DNA of 64,000 nt from Mycobacteriales bacterium. GTDB lineage: Bacteria; Actinomycetota; Actinomycetes; JALYNC01. Position 1 is the first letter of the stretch, and each line of letters opens with the position of its first letter. Made by a program: the position numbers and the translations under genes. The DNA is taken from NCBI GenBank assembly GCA_038253225.1, contig JBBSHH010000003.1:545-64544 (forward strand), given 5' to 3'. Below the pieces are notes generated by a model. It was not told the origin of the DNA, ran no database searches, and was given only the letters and a program-made list of their open reading frames with translations. Shown one piece after another: positions 9,214 through 18,214 of this stretch.

Positions 9214-11259
9214 ACGGAACGTAGTTCGGCGCGCGGCGGCGATGCCAGACTCCGGTTACCGACTTCTCCGGGGGGACGCCAGATGCTCACTGCCCGCTCC
9301 GCGCAGCAGCTCCCTACCAGCGCCGCTGCCCTGTTCGACGCGGGCGGTACCACCGTGCTCGGCCGGGCCAGTGCCGACGTCAGCGCCAGCCGGGAGCGCC
9401 GGCGCCGGCGCCGGCTGTGGCGCATCGCGCTCGCCCTCGGACCGCCCACCGCGTACCTGCAGTGGCGCCTGCTCTCGGGTCATCCGGTGGACCTCTTCCA
9501 GCTCCCGTCGATCGACTGGACGCTCGCGACCCCGATCCTGTTCTTCGTGGCGCTGATCACGGTGCTCGTGGGCAGCCAGCTCGGCACCGGCCGGTCACCA
9601 CACGTGCTCTACCGACCGGAGCAGCTCGACGTACGCCTCTGCGATGTCGTCGGCATCGACGTCGTCAAGGACGAGGTGGTCCGCTCGTTGAACCTTTTCC
9701 TGGCGCACGAGACCTTCGCCGCCGAGATGGGCGGCCGGCCGCGGCGCGGGCTGCTGTTCGAGGGAGGCCCGGGCACCGGCAAGACGCACACCGCCAAGGC
9801 GATGGCCGCCGAGGCCGGGGTGCCGTTCCTGTTCGCGTCGGCGTCGTCGTTCCAGTCGTCCTTCTACGGTGCTACCGCGCGCAAGATCCGGTCGTACTTC
9901 AAGGCGCTGCGGGCGGCGGCCGAGCGGGAGGGTGGCGCGATCGGCTTCATCGACGAGTTCGACGCCATCGGCGGGACCCGCCGCGGCATGGAGATGACCG
10001 CGGCACCGTCGCTCACCGCCCCGCCGGCGCCGGCCGCGGCCGGCCTGGTCTGCTGCGGCGGGCTGGCCGGCCTCCCCGCCCGCTACCTGACCCTGGGTGG
10101 TGGCGCCGGTCCGGTCCGCTCCGGCTTCGGCACCGCCGACCTCGCCGGCCCGGTCGTCAACGAGTTGCTGGTGCAGATGCAGTCGTTCGAGACTCCCCGC
10201 GGCCCGCGCCGGGCGCTGAACTGGCTGGCCGACAAGGTGAACCTGCTGCTGCCCGAGCAGCGGCAGATCCCGAAGGCCGTCACCAGGCCGGCGAACATCA
10301 TGCTGATCGCGTCCACCAACCGGGCCGACGGGCTCGACCCGGCGCTGCTGCGGCCGGGCCGGTTCGACCGGCGGCTGACCTTCGAGGCGCCGACCAAGGC
10401 CGGCCGCCGCGCGCTGGTCGATCATTTCCTCGCCCGCAAGGCGCACGAGGCGGAGCTCGACGACCCGGACCACCGAGACGCGATCGCCGCGGTCACTACC
10501 GGCTACACCCCGGCCATGATCGAAGGCCTGCTGGACGAGGCCCTGATCAACTCGGTCCGCCGGCACGCCGGCGCGATGAGCCGCAAGGACGTCGAACAGG
10601 CCCGGCTCAGCACCGAGGTGGGGCTGGGCCAGCCGGTCGCGTACACGCCGCACGAGAAGCGGCTCATCGCCACCCACGAAGCGGGCCACGCCACGATCGC
10701 CCACCTGGTCGCCCCGCACCGGCGGCTCGAGGTCCTCACGATCATCAAGCGCCGCGAGGCGTTGGGGCTGCTGGCGCACGGCGACGCGGAGGACGTGTTC
10801 ACCCGCAGCCGGCCGGAGATGCTCGCGCTGATGCAGATCGCGATGGCCGGCCAGTGCGCCGAGGAGATCTTCTTCGGTGACATCTCCACCGGACCGGGCG
10901 GCGACCTGCTCTACGCCACCAACCTCGCCGCCGAGATGGTCGGCACGGTCGGCATGAGCGGATCCCTCATCTCCTACGCGGCCGTGCAGAACAGCGCGTT
11001 CAGCGACACCAACATCGTCGGCCGGGTGCTGGCCGACCCGGCCGGCCGGGCCGCGATCGAGGCGCTGCTCCAGCAGCAGAAGGCCATCGCCAAGGAGCTG
11101 CTCGAGACCAACGCGCATCTGGTCCGGGCGCTGCGGGACGCGCTGGTGGATCGCTCGGAGCTGATCGGACCGGAGATCCGCGAGGTGCTCGAGGCGGCCG
11201 GCCCGGCCCGGCCCGACCGGGTCCTCGACCTGCGGGACGGCGCCTCGTCTATCGACTGA
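9202..11259 (+). CDS. FtsH-like membrane AAA+ / M41 zinc metalloprotease paralog with an inserted segment in the AAA module
   Basis: Walker A GGPGTGKTHTAKAMA, Walker B FIDEFDAIGG, second region of homology LRPGRFDRRL, and zinc motif HEAGHATIAH. One N-terminal TM segment. About 60 extra residues lie between Walker B and the sensor region. The true start is probably downstream of 9202 (for example MLTARSAQQ). Confidence 0.8.
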   Translation: MNPVTERSSARGGDARLRLPTSPGGRQMLTARSAQQLPTSAAALFDAGGTTVLGRASADVSASRERRRRRRLWRIALALGPPTAYLQWRLLSGHPVDLFQLPSIDWTLATPILFFVALITVLVGSQLGTGRSPHVLYRPEQLDVRLCDVVGIDVVKDEVVRSLNLFLAHETFAAEMGGRPRRGLLFEGGPGTGKTHTAKAMAAEAGVPFLFASASSFQSSFYGATARKIRSYFKALRAAAEREGGAIGFIDEFDAIGGTRRGMEMTAAPSLTAPPAPAAAGLVCCGGLAGLPARYLTLGGGAGPVRSGFGTADLAGPVVNELLVQMQSFETPRGPRRALNWLADKVNLLLPEQRQIPKAVTRPANIMLIASTNRADGLDPALLRPGRFDRRLTFEAPTKAGRRALVDHFLARKAHEAELDDPDHRDAIAAVTTGYTPAMIEGLLDEALINSVRRHAGAMSRKDVEQARLSTEVGLGQPVAYTPHEKRLIATHEAGHATIAHLVAPHRRLEVLTIIKRREALGLLAHGDAEDVFTRSRPEMLALMQIAMAGQCAEEIFFGDISTGPGGDLLYATNLAAEMVGTVGMSGSLISYAAVQNSAFSDTNIVGRVLADPAGRAAIEALLQQQKAIAKELLETNAHLVRALRDALVDRSELIGPEIREVLEAAGPARPDRVLDLRDGASSID

Positions 11260-11290
11260 CGGGCCGCCCGGGCTGGCTACCCTCCCCGGT

Positions 11291-11716
11291 GTGACCCCGC
11301 CCGCCGCGGTCGACTCCCGCCGGCGGGACGTCCTCGCGACCACCGTGCTCGTCGGAGCGCTCGCGGCACTACTCGGGCTCGGCGTCGTGCTGGGCGTGGT
11401 CAGCTCGTTCCTGAGCCTCGCCCACGTTCGGCTCTTCGGTGTCCGGCTGCCGATCGGGCCGTTGGTCGCGGTCGTCGCCAACCTCACCGTCGGGCTGCTC
11501 GGCTCCCGCGGCACCGGCACCCGGGCCGGTGCGGTGCTCCCGGGCCTGGGCTGGCTCGGCGCGATCCTGCCGTTCGCGATGTTCCGACCGGAGGGCGACC
11601 TGGTGATCGACGGCTCGGCCCCGGCGCTGGCGTTCCTGCTGCTCGGTTCGCTGGCGTGGGCGGTAGCCGCCGGCCTCGGCCCCGGCCGGCCGGCCGGGGC
11701 CACACCCGCGAGCTAG
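11291..11716 (+). CDS. hypothetical polytopic membrane protein (141 aa)
   Basis: GTG-initiated ORF with 3-4 strongly hydrophobic helices and short charged loops. Its position between the FtsH-like gene and the flavin reductase is consistent with a real small membrane protein. Confidence 0.45.
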   Translation: MTPPAAVDSRRRDVLATTVLVGALAALLGLGVVLGVVSSFLSLAHVRLFGVRLPIGPLVAVVANLTVGLLGSRGTGTRAGAVLPGLGWLGAILPFAMFRPEGDLVIDGSAPALAFLLLGSLAWAVAAGLGPGRPAGATPAS

Positions 11717-11727
11717 GCTCGGCGGTC

Positions 11728-12261
11728 GTGCCAGACGACGCCCCGCGGCCCGCGGTCGACCCGCTCGCCTACCGGCGGACGATGGGCCGGTTCGCGACCG
11801 GCGTGACGCTCATCACGACCACGGCCGACGGCGTCGACCTCGCGATGACGGCGAACAGCCTCACGTCCGTGTCGCTGGACCCGGTGCTCGTGCTGATCTG
11901 CGTCGACCGGACGGCGCGCTTCCACGAGGCGGTGCTGGCCAGCAAGACCTGGGCGGTGTCGGTGCTCGGCGCCGGCCCCGACGCCGAGGCGGTTTCCCGG
12001 CACTACGCCCGGCGCGGGCGGCCCGACGCCGACCAGCTCGCCGCGGCCAGCTTCCTTCGTGCGGCGGTGACCGGTCTCCCGGTCCTGGCGGCCGCGATCG
12101 CCACCCTGGAGTGCCGCACCACCGCCGAGTACGACGGCGGCGACCACACGATCCTGCTCGGCGAGGTGCTCGCCGTCGGCGAGCCCGACCGGCCCCTGGT
12201 GCCGCTGGTGTGGTTCCACGGTCGCTACCGCGAGCTGCCGCCGCCGCGGCCCAGCGGCTGA
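11728..12261 (+). CDS. flavin reductase family protein (NADH:flavin oxidoreductase, HpaC-like)
   Basis: FRRTMGRFATGVTLITT and the flavin reductase-like split-barrel domain. Start at the GTG at 11728; the longer upstream extension is Arg/Pro-rich. Confidence 0.8.
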   Translation: MPDDAPRPAVDPLAYRRTMGRFATGVTLITTTADGVDLAMTANSLTSVSLDPVLVLICVDRTARFHEAVLASKTWAVSVLGAGPDAEAVSRHYARRGRPDADQLAAASFLRAAVTGLPVLAAAIATLECRTTAEYDGGDHTILLGEVLAVGEPDRPLVPLVWFHGRYRELPPPRPSG

Positions 12262-12312
12262 CCGGACGCACCGCAACGCACCGGCCACCGGGCCGCCGTG
12301 CTGCCCGGCCGG

Positions 12313-13773
12313 TCAGCGCAGGGTGGTCACCTGGCCGGTCGGGGTGTCGGTGACCGCCACGCCGAGAGCCCCGAGCTCGTCCCGCAGCCGGTCGGCGGTG
12401 CCCCAGTCCCTGGTCGACCGGGCGCGCTCCCGCGCCGCGAGTAGCCCGACGGCTTCGGCCGGCAGCTCCGGCGCGCTGCGGGGCCGGCCCACGTCGCGGG
12501 CCAGGTCGAGCCCGAGCAGCCCGTCGACCGAGGCGAACGTCTCGAACTTCGACCCCGGCGGGATCACGTCGTCGCGCTCGAGCTCCCGCAACGCCACCAG
12601 CGCGGTGGGGGTGTCCAGGTCGTCGTCGACCGCGTCGAGCACCCGGCCGAGGTAGTCCGCGCACATCGGCTTGGACGGCGACTCGGCCCACTCCGCGACC
12701 CGGCCGCGCCAGCGGCGCAGCGTCTTGTCCGCGGCGGCGATCGCGTCCCAGGACAGGTTCATCTGCTGGCGGTAGCGCCCCGAGAGGTACGCCAGCCGCA
12801 GCGCCAGCGGGTCGTACCCGCCGCCGGCGACGTCGTCGAGCAGCACCACGTTGCCGGTCGACTTGGCCATCTTGCGGCCCTCGAAGAGCAGGTGCTCGGC
12901 GTGCACCCAGTGCCGCACCACCTCGGCGCCGGCGACCGCGTCGGACTGCGCCCGCTCGTCCTCGTGGTGCGGGAAGCGCAGGTCGATCCCACCGGTGTGC
13001 ACGTCGATCGTGCGGCCGAGGAACTCCAGCGACATCGCCGAGCACTCGACGTGCCAGCCCGGGAACCCCGGTCCCCACGGGGAGTCCCAGACCCTCGCCC
13101 GGGCGGCGCCGGCCGACTTCCACAGCGCCCAGTCCGCGTGGAACCGCTTGCCGGCGGCGGTTCGCTCCCCGGCGGCTCCGGCGCCGGGGCGGACCTCATC
13201 CAGCCGGTTGCCCGAGATCGCGCCGTACGACGGGAACGAGCGGGCGTCGAAGAAGACCCCGACGCCGGGCGCCGCGTAGGCGTGCCCGGCGGCGATCAGC
13301 GCGGCGATGAGGTCGAGCATGAGGCCGATGCAGTCCGATGCCCGCGGGTACGCCGCCGCCGGTCGGATGTTCAGCGCCGCCAGGTCGCGGTGGAACGCGG
13401 CCTCGTAGAACCGGGCCACGTCGAACGCGGACTTGCCCTCCGCGCGGGCCTGGGCGAGCACCTTGTCCTCACCCTCGTCGAGGGTGTCGTCCTGCAGGTG
13501 GCCGACGTCGGTGATGTTCTGCACCAGCTCGACCCGCAGGTTGTGCCGCTCCGCGGCTCGCACGATCAGGTCGGAGAGCAGGTAGGTGCGCAGGTTGCCG
13601 ACGTGGGCGAAGCGGTAGACCGTCGGCCCGCAGGCGTAGACCTTGAGCAGCCCGGGAGTGGCGGGGCGGATCTCCTCGACGGAGCGGGTCCGGGTGTCGG
13701 TGAGGCGCAGCACGCCTACCGAGCCTAGGGCTCCCGGCGGTAGTGGTACCGGTGGTGTGGCCGGAAACCGCAT
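12313..13773 (-). CDS. cysS: cysteine--tRNA ligase (full-length CysRS with anticodon-binding C-terminus); HIGH and KMSKS signatures degenerate (HVGN, KMAKS)
   Basis: VYACGPTVY (zinc Cys), WHVECSAM, and HTGGIDLRFPHHEDE; KMAKSTGN replaces the KMSKS loop; the C-terminal DWxxADxLRDEL helix is typical of CysRS and absent from MshC. The start is ATG at 13773 or GTG at 13713. Confidence 0.85.
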   Translation of the reverse strand: MRFPATPPVPLPPGALGSVGVLRLTDTRTRSVEEIRPATPGLLKVYACGPTVYRFAHVGNLRTYLLSDLIVRAAERHNLRVELVQNITDVGHLQDDTLDEGEDKVLAQARAEGKSAFDVARFYEAAFHRDLAALNIRPAAAYPRASDCIGLMLDLIAALIAAGHAYAAPGVGVFFDARSFPSYGAISGNRLDEVRPGAGAAGERTAAGKRFHADWALWKSAGAARARVWDSPWGPGFPGWHVECSAMSLEFLGRTIDVHTGGIDLRFPHHEDERAQSDAVAGAEVVRHWVHAEHLLFEGRKMAKSTGNVVLLDDVAGGGYDPLALRLAYLSGRYRQQMNLSWDAIAAADKTLRRWRGRVAEWAESPSKPMCADYLGRVLDAVDDDLDTPTALVALRELERDDVIPPGSKFETFASVDGLLGLDLARDVGRPRSAPELPAEAVGLLAARERARSTRDWGTADRLRDELGALGVAVTDTPTGQVTTLR

Positions 13774-14705
13774 CCCGAGTAGAGCCCGAGCCCCGCCGCG
13801 TTGTCCGCGGCGACCTGCAGGTAGCCGCCGGTGGCGCCTCGATCGGCGCCCCAGCGGCACAACGCCGCGAGCACCAGCCGGCCGAGGCCCTGCCGGCGGG
13901 CGGCCGGCGCCACCTCCATCGCGGTGATGCCGACCCAGCCGGCGCCGATCGCGCCGCGGCCGATCGCGACCACCGCCCCATCTGCGTGGACGGAGGCGAA
14001 GACCTGCTCGGGCGCGCTGACCAGCAGCCGCCCGGCGACCGCTGGCAGCGTGGAGCCCCGGTAGTGGTACCGGGCCAGCCACTCGGCGTCCGGCTCGTCG
14101 GCGAGCTCCACCACCCGCCCGAGGGGCGCGCCGCCGGGAGCGCGCGCGCCGGCTGCCGCGACGGCTACCGGGTCGGCGGTCAGCACCAGCGTCGGGTTGT
14201 ACGCCGGCCAGCCGCGCCGCTCCAGCTCGGCATCGAGCTCGGCGGCGACCGGCAGCGGCAGCTGGAACATGGCCGGCAGGCCCCGGGCGGCGTACCAGCG
14301 GCGGGTCGCGGCCAGTGCCGACTCCACCGGCTGACCGGGGTCACCGAGCGGCAGCACCGAGTTCGCCCGGCCGGTGAAGCCGGCGCTGGCCCGCAGCCGC
14401 CAGCTCCCGAGCCGGTGCTGCTCGACCGGCTGCCAGCCCAGCGCCGCCCGTTCCTCCAGCGCGATGTCGGCGATCCCGTACGCCGAGGGCGGCACCCGGC
14501 GGCCCGCGACGATCGAGTGCTCGTCCAGCTCGACCAGCCGGCCGTCCCGGCGGCGGACCACCACCCGGCCGCCCCCCCACGACACCAGCTCGCCGACGAC
14601 GTCGCCGTACACCGCCCGGCCGGCTCGCGGTGCGAGCCGGCGGCGCACCGAGATCCGGGTGCCGACATCGGCCGGGCCGACCCCTGGGATGACGCGCTCC
14701 GGCAC
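13725..14705 (-). CDS. GNAT family N-acetyltransferase with non-GNAT N-terminal domain
   Basis: C-terminal GNAT motif A RRQGLGRLVLAAL and the acetyl-CoA pocket region LYSGCGF. The start is uncertain; the 14753 start of the ORF track would collide with the fdx RBS and start. Confidence 0.65.
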   Translation of the reverse strand: MPERVIPGVGPADVGTRISVRRRLAPRAGRAVYGDVVGELVSWGGGRVVVRRRDGRLVELDEHSIVAGRRVPPSAYGIADIALEERAALGWQPVEQHRLGSWRLRASAGFTGRANSVLPLGDPGQPVESALAATRRWYAARGLPAMFQLPLPVAAELDAELERRGWPAYNPTLVLTADPVAVAAAGARAPGGAPLGRVVELADEPDAEWLARYHYRGSTLPAVAGRLLVSAPEQVFASVHADGAVVAIGRGAIGAGWVGITAMEVAPAARRQGLGRLVLAALCRWGADRGATGGYLQVAADNAAGLGLYSGCGFRPHHRYHYRREP

Positions 14706-14754
14706 GAAAGCGATACTAGGCAGGGCAACCGCTAGCGGCACCGGGAGGAGCACC

Positions 14755-15081
14755 GTGACCTACGTCATCGCCGAACCGTGCGTCGACGTGCTCGACCGGG
14801 CCTGCATCGAGGAGTGCCCGGTCGACTGCATCTACGAGGGTGCCCGGATGCTCTACATCCACCCGGACGAGTGCGTCGACTGCGGCGCCTGCGAGCCCGT
14901 CTGCCCGGTCGAGGCGATCTTCTACGAGGACGACACGCCGGAGCAGTGGAAGGACTACTACAAGGCCAACGTCGAGTTCTTCGACGACCTGGGCTCGCCC
15001 GGCGGGGCCTCCAAGGTCGGCAAGCTCGACCGCGACCACCCCATCGTCGCGGCGCTGCCGCCGATGGGTGAGGCGCACTGA
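14755..15081 (+). CDS. fdxC: 7Fe ferredoxin (FdxA/FdxC type)
   Basis: VTYVIAEPCVDVLDRACIEECPVDCIY...CVDCGACEPVCPVEAIF gives [3Fe-4S] and [4Fe-4S] cysteine motifs. A strong SD, GGGAGGAG, lies 5 nt upstream of the GTG. Confidence 0.9.
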   Translation: MTYVIAEPCVDVLDRACIEECPVDCIYEGARMLYIHPDECVDCGACEPVCPVEAIFYEDDTPEQWKDYYKANVEFFDDLGSPGGASKVGKLDRDHPIVAALPPMGEAH

Positions 15082-16172
15082 CCGCAGTCTCCGCGCGGCT
15101 GCCCGAGTTCCCCTGGGACCGGCTGACGGCGTACGCCGACCAAGCCCGCCGGCACCCCGACGGTCTGGTCGACCTCTCCGTCGGCACGCCGGTGGACCCG
15201 ACCCCGGCCGTCGTGCGCGCCGCGCTCGCCGGCGCGGCGGACTCACCCGGCTACCCCTACACCGCCGGCACCGAGCGGCTGCGGGCGGCGGCGGCGGGCT
15301 GGCTGCGCCGGCGCTGCGGGGCCAACATCGAGCCGGCCGCGGTGCTGCCCACGGTGGGTTCCAAGGAGCTCGTCGCGCTGCTGCCGTGGCTGCTCGGGCT
15401 GGGCCCCGGTGACGTGGTGGCGCTGCCCCGCCTCGCCTACCCGACGTACGACATCGGCGCGCGGCTGGCCGGCGCGCGGCCGGTCGCGAGCGACGGCCTG
15501 CTGGAGCTCGGGCCGGCGCCGGTGCGGCTGGTGTGGCTCAACTCCCCGGCCAACCCCACCGGCCGGGTGCTGCCCGCCGCGCACCTGGCGAAGGTCGTCG
15601 GGTGGGCCCGGGAGCGCGGGGCGGTGGTCGTCAGCGACGAGTGCTACCTGGAGTTCGGCTGGGAGGTCGAGCCGGTCAGCGTGCTGCACCCACAGGTCTG
15701 CGGCGGCTCCCACGACGGCGTCCTCGCGATGCACTCGCTGTCCAAGCGGTCGAACCTGGCCGGCTACCGGGCCGGTTTCGTCGCCGGCGACCCGGCGCTG
15801 GTCGCCGAGCTGCTGGCGGTCCGTAGGCACGCCGGGCTGATGGTGCCGGCGCCGGTGCAGGCCGCCATGGTCGCCGCGCTCGACGACGACGCGCACGTGG
15901 GTGAGCAGCGCCGGCGCTACGCCGCCCGCCGGGCGGTGCTGCGACCGGCGCTGGCCGCCGCCGGCTTCCGGGTCGAGCACTCCGAGGCCGGCCTGTACCT
16001 GTGGGCGACCCGGGACGAGGACTGCTGGGTCGCCGTGGCCGAGCTGGCCGACCGCGGGGTACTGGTCGCCCCCGGGGACTTCTACGGCGCCGCGGGGGCC
16101 CGGCACGTCCGGGTCGCGCTGACCGCCACCGACGAGCGGGTCGCCGCCGCGGTCGCCCGGCTCCGGGCCTGA
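15078..16172 (+). CDS. dapC: N-succinyldiaminopimelate aminotransferase (DapC-type class I aminotransferase)
   Basis: Conserved N-terminus LPEFPWDRL...DLSVGTPVDP, then an aminotransferase class I fold with the PLP lysine region SLSKRSNLAGYR. The gene sits directly downstream of fdxC, as in Corynebacterium and Mycobacterium. There is no ATG/GTG/TTG upstream of the conserved N-terminus; a CTG at 15078 overlaps the fdx stop (CTGA). Confidence 0.85.
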   Translation: MTAVSARLPEFPWDRLTAYADQARRHPDGLVDLSVGTPVDPTPAVVRAALAGAADSPGYPYTAGTERLRAAAAGWLRRRCGANIEPAAVLPTVGSKELVALLPWLLGLGPGDVVALPRLAYPTYDIGARLAGARPVASDGLLELGPAPVRLVWLNSPANPTGRVLPAAHLAKVVGWARERGAVVVSDECYLEFGWEVEPVSVLHPQVCGGSHDGVLAMHSLSKRSNLAGYRAGFVAGDPALVAELLAVRRHAGLMVPAPVQAAMVAALDDDAHVGEQRRRYAARRAVLRPALAAAGFRVEHSEAGLYLWATRDEDCWVAVAELADRGVLVAPGDFYGAAGARHVRVALTATDERVAAAVARLRA

Positions 16173-16197
16173 CCGGCGGCGGTTAGGGTGGCCGGTC

Positions 16198-17025
16198 GTG
16201 ACCGCAACCAGCCCGCTGCCCGCCGCGGTCGATGAGCTGTGGGACCGACGGGACGGGCTCTCGCCCGCCGACGCGGACGCGCGCACGGTCGTGGTCGCCG
16301 CCGTGGACCAGCTCGACAGCGGCGCCGCCCGGGTCGCCCGGGTCGACGCCGATGACCGGGTGGTGGTCGACGAGCGGGCCAAGCGGGCGATCCTGCTGGC
16401 ATTCCGGGTGCTGCCGATGACCGAGTCGGCCGCCGGCGACTTCCACTACGCCGACCGGGTCCCGGTCAAGCGCCGGTTCGAGGGGGTGCGGGTGGTGCCC
16501 GGCGCGATCGCCCGGTGGGGCTGCTTCCTCGGTCGCGGCGTGGTGCTGATGCCCAGCTTCACCAACATCGGCGGGTACGTCGACGAAGGCACGCTGGTCG
16601 ACACCTGGGCAACGGTCGGCTCCTGCGCGCAGATCGGCCGACGGGTGCACCTCTCCGGCGGGGTCGGGATCGGTGGGGTGCTGGAGCCGCCGCAGGCCGC
16701 CCCCGTGGTGGTCGAGGACGACGCGTTCATCGGCTCCCGGTGCATGGTGGTCGAGGGTGCCCGGGTCCGGCGGGGCGGCAAGCTCGGCGCCGGGGCGATC
16801 CTCACCGCCTCCACCCGGGTCTTCGACGCCGAGACCGGTGCCGAGCTGGCCCGCGGTGAGGTGCCGGAGCGGGCGGTCGTCGTCGGCGCCAACCGGGTGA
16901 AGTCCTTCCCCGGCGGCGACTTCGGGCTGCCGTGCCTGCTGGTGCTGCGCCGGCTCGCCCCGGCCGAGGTGCACGACAAGCTGGCGCTCAACGAGGTCCT
17001 GCGCGAGCACGGGATCGCGCCGTGA
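16198..17025 (+). CDS. dapD: 2,3,4,5-tetrahydropyridine-2,6-dicarboxylate N-succinyltransferase
   Basis: Hexapeptide-repeat left-handed beta-helix ([11 protein letters not shown]...[13 protein letters not shown]) with an actinobacterial DapD N-terminal domain. Confidence 0.9.
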   Translation: MTATSPLPAAVDELWDRRDGLSPADADARTVVVAAVDQLDSGAARVARVDADDRVVVDERAKRAILLAFRVLPMTESAAGDFHYADRVPVKRRFEGVRVVPGAIARWGCFLGRGVVLMPSFTNIGGYVDEGTLVDTWATVGSCAQIGRRVHLSGGVGIGGVLEPPQAAPVVVEDDAFIGSRCMVVEGARVRRGGKLGAGAILTASTRVFDAETGAELARGEVPERAVVVGANRVKSFPGGDFGLPCLLVLRRLAPAEVHDKLALNEVLREHGIAP

Positions 17026-17038
17026 GGGCGATGTCCCG

Positions 17039-18205
17039 GTGACGCTGGACCTGCAGCTGCCCGGGGACGCGCTGACCGCCGCCCTCATCGACATACCGTC
17101 GGTGAGCGGCTCGGAGGATCGCATCGCCGGCGAGGTCGAGGACGCGCTGCGCGACCTGCCGCACCTCACCGTGGAGCGGGACGGCGACACGGTGGTGGCC
17201 CGGACGTTCCTGGGCCGGCCGTCGCGGGTGGTCCTGGCCGGACACCTCGACACGGTGCCGATCGCCGGGAACCTGCCGTCCCGCCGGGAGCGGGACCGGC
17301 TGCACGGCTGCGGCAGCACCGACATGAAGAGCGGGTTGGCGGTGATGCTGCGCCTCGCCGCGGCGCTGGCCACGCCGGTCCGCGACACGACGTACCTGTT
17401 CTACGACAACGAGGAGGTCGACGCCGACCGCAACGGGCTCGGCCGGATCGCCCGCAGCCGCCGGGACTGGCTCGAGGCGGACCTCGCGATCCTGCTGGAA
17501 CCGACCAGCGGTCGAGTCGAGGCGGGCTGCCAGGGGACCCTGCGGTTCCTCGTGGTGGTCACCGGCCGCCGCGCGCACACCGCCAGGGGCTGGCTGGGCG
17601 ACAACGCCATCCACGGCGCCGGGGAGCTGCTGCGCCGGCTCGCCGGCTACACCGGCCGGCACGTCGACATCGACGGGTTGACCTACCGGGAGGGACTCAA
17701 CGCGGTCCGCATCGAAGGCGGTGTCGCCGGCAACGTCGTCCCGGACCGGTGCACGGTGACGGTGAACTTCCGGTTCGCGCCGGACCGCAGCGAGGCGGCG
17801 GCGTTCTCGCACGTCCAGGACCTGCTGGCGCCCTACGAGTGCGTCCTGATCGACTCCGCGCCGGGAGCGCTGCCGGGCCTGACCGCCCCGGCGGCCGCGG
17901 ACTTCGTCGCCGCCACCCGCCGCGAGCCGGTGGCGAAGTACGGCTGGACCGACGTGGCGCGTTTCGTCGCGCTGGGCATTCCGGCCGTCAACTTCGGACC
18001 CGGCGACCCCAACCTCGCCCACACCCGGGAGGAGTACGTCGACACGCCGCGGATCGGGGAGTGCGAGCGGGTGCTGCGGGCCTGGCTCAGCGACGCCAGG
18101 CCGGCGGCACCCCCGGTCGGCCAGGAGCGGGGGGACGGCGTTGACCCGGCCACCACGGCCGGACCGCCGCCCCGAACATCGGAGGGCGAACCCGACGCTG
18201 GATAA
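17039..18205 (+). CDS. dapE: succinyl-diaminopimelate desuccinylase (M20 peptidase)
   Basis: M20 metal-binding motifs ([27 protein letters not shown]) and the dimerisation domain. The gene follows dapD. Confidence 0.9.
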   Translation: MTLDLQLPGDALTAALIDIPSVSGSEDRIAGEVEDALRDLPHLTVERDGDTVVARTFLGRPSRVVLAGHLDTVPIAGNLPSRRERDRLHGCGSTDMKSGLAVMLRLAAALATPVRDTTYLFYDNEEVDADRNGLGRIARSRRDWLEADLAILLEPTSGRVEAGCQGTLRFLVVVTGRRAHTARGWLGDNAIHGAGELLRRLAGYTGRHVDIDGLTYREGLNAVRIEGGVAGNVVPDRCTVTVNFRFAPDRSEAAAFSHVQDLLAPYECVLIDSAPGALPGLTAPAAADFVAATRREPVAKYGWTDVARFVALGIPAVNFGPGDPNLAHTREEYVDTPRIGECERVLRAWLSDARPAAPPVGQERGDGVDPATTAGPPPRTSEGEPDAG

Positions 18206-18214
18206 CCTCCTGCC

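Noticed and set aside
9595-11703. 702-aa minus-strand ORF antisense to the FtsH-like gene
   Set aside because: Shadow ORF: translation is dominated by R/G/P/A, whereas the plus strand carries Walker and HEAGH motifs.
12313-13773. Possibility that the Cys-ligase is MshC rather than CysS
   Set aside because: The full-length C-terminal anticodon-binding helix (RDWGTADRLRDELGALGV) is present. MshC lacks this region. Retained as cysS with a note on the degenerate HIGH/KMSKS motifs.
13725-14753. Possibility that the GNAT downstream of cysS is MshD (mycothiol synthase)
   Set aside because: MshD has two tandem GNAT folds. Here only the C-terminal half is GNAT-like and the N-terminal domain is unrelated, so it is called a generic GNAT.
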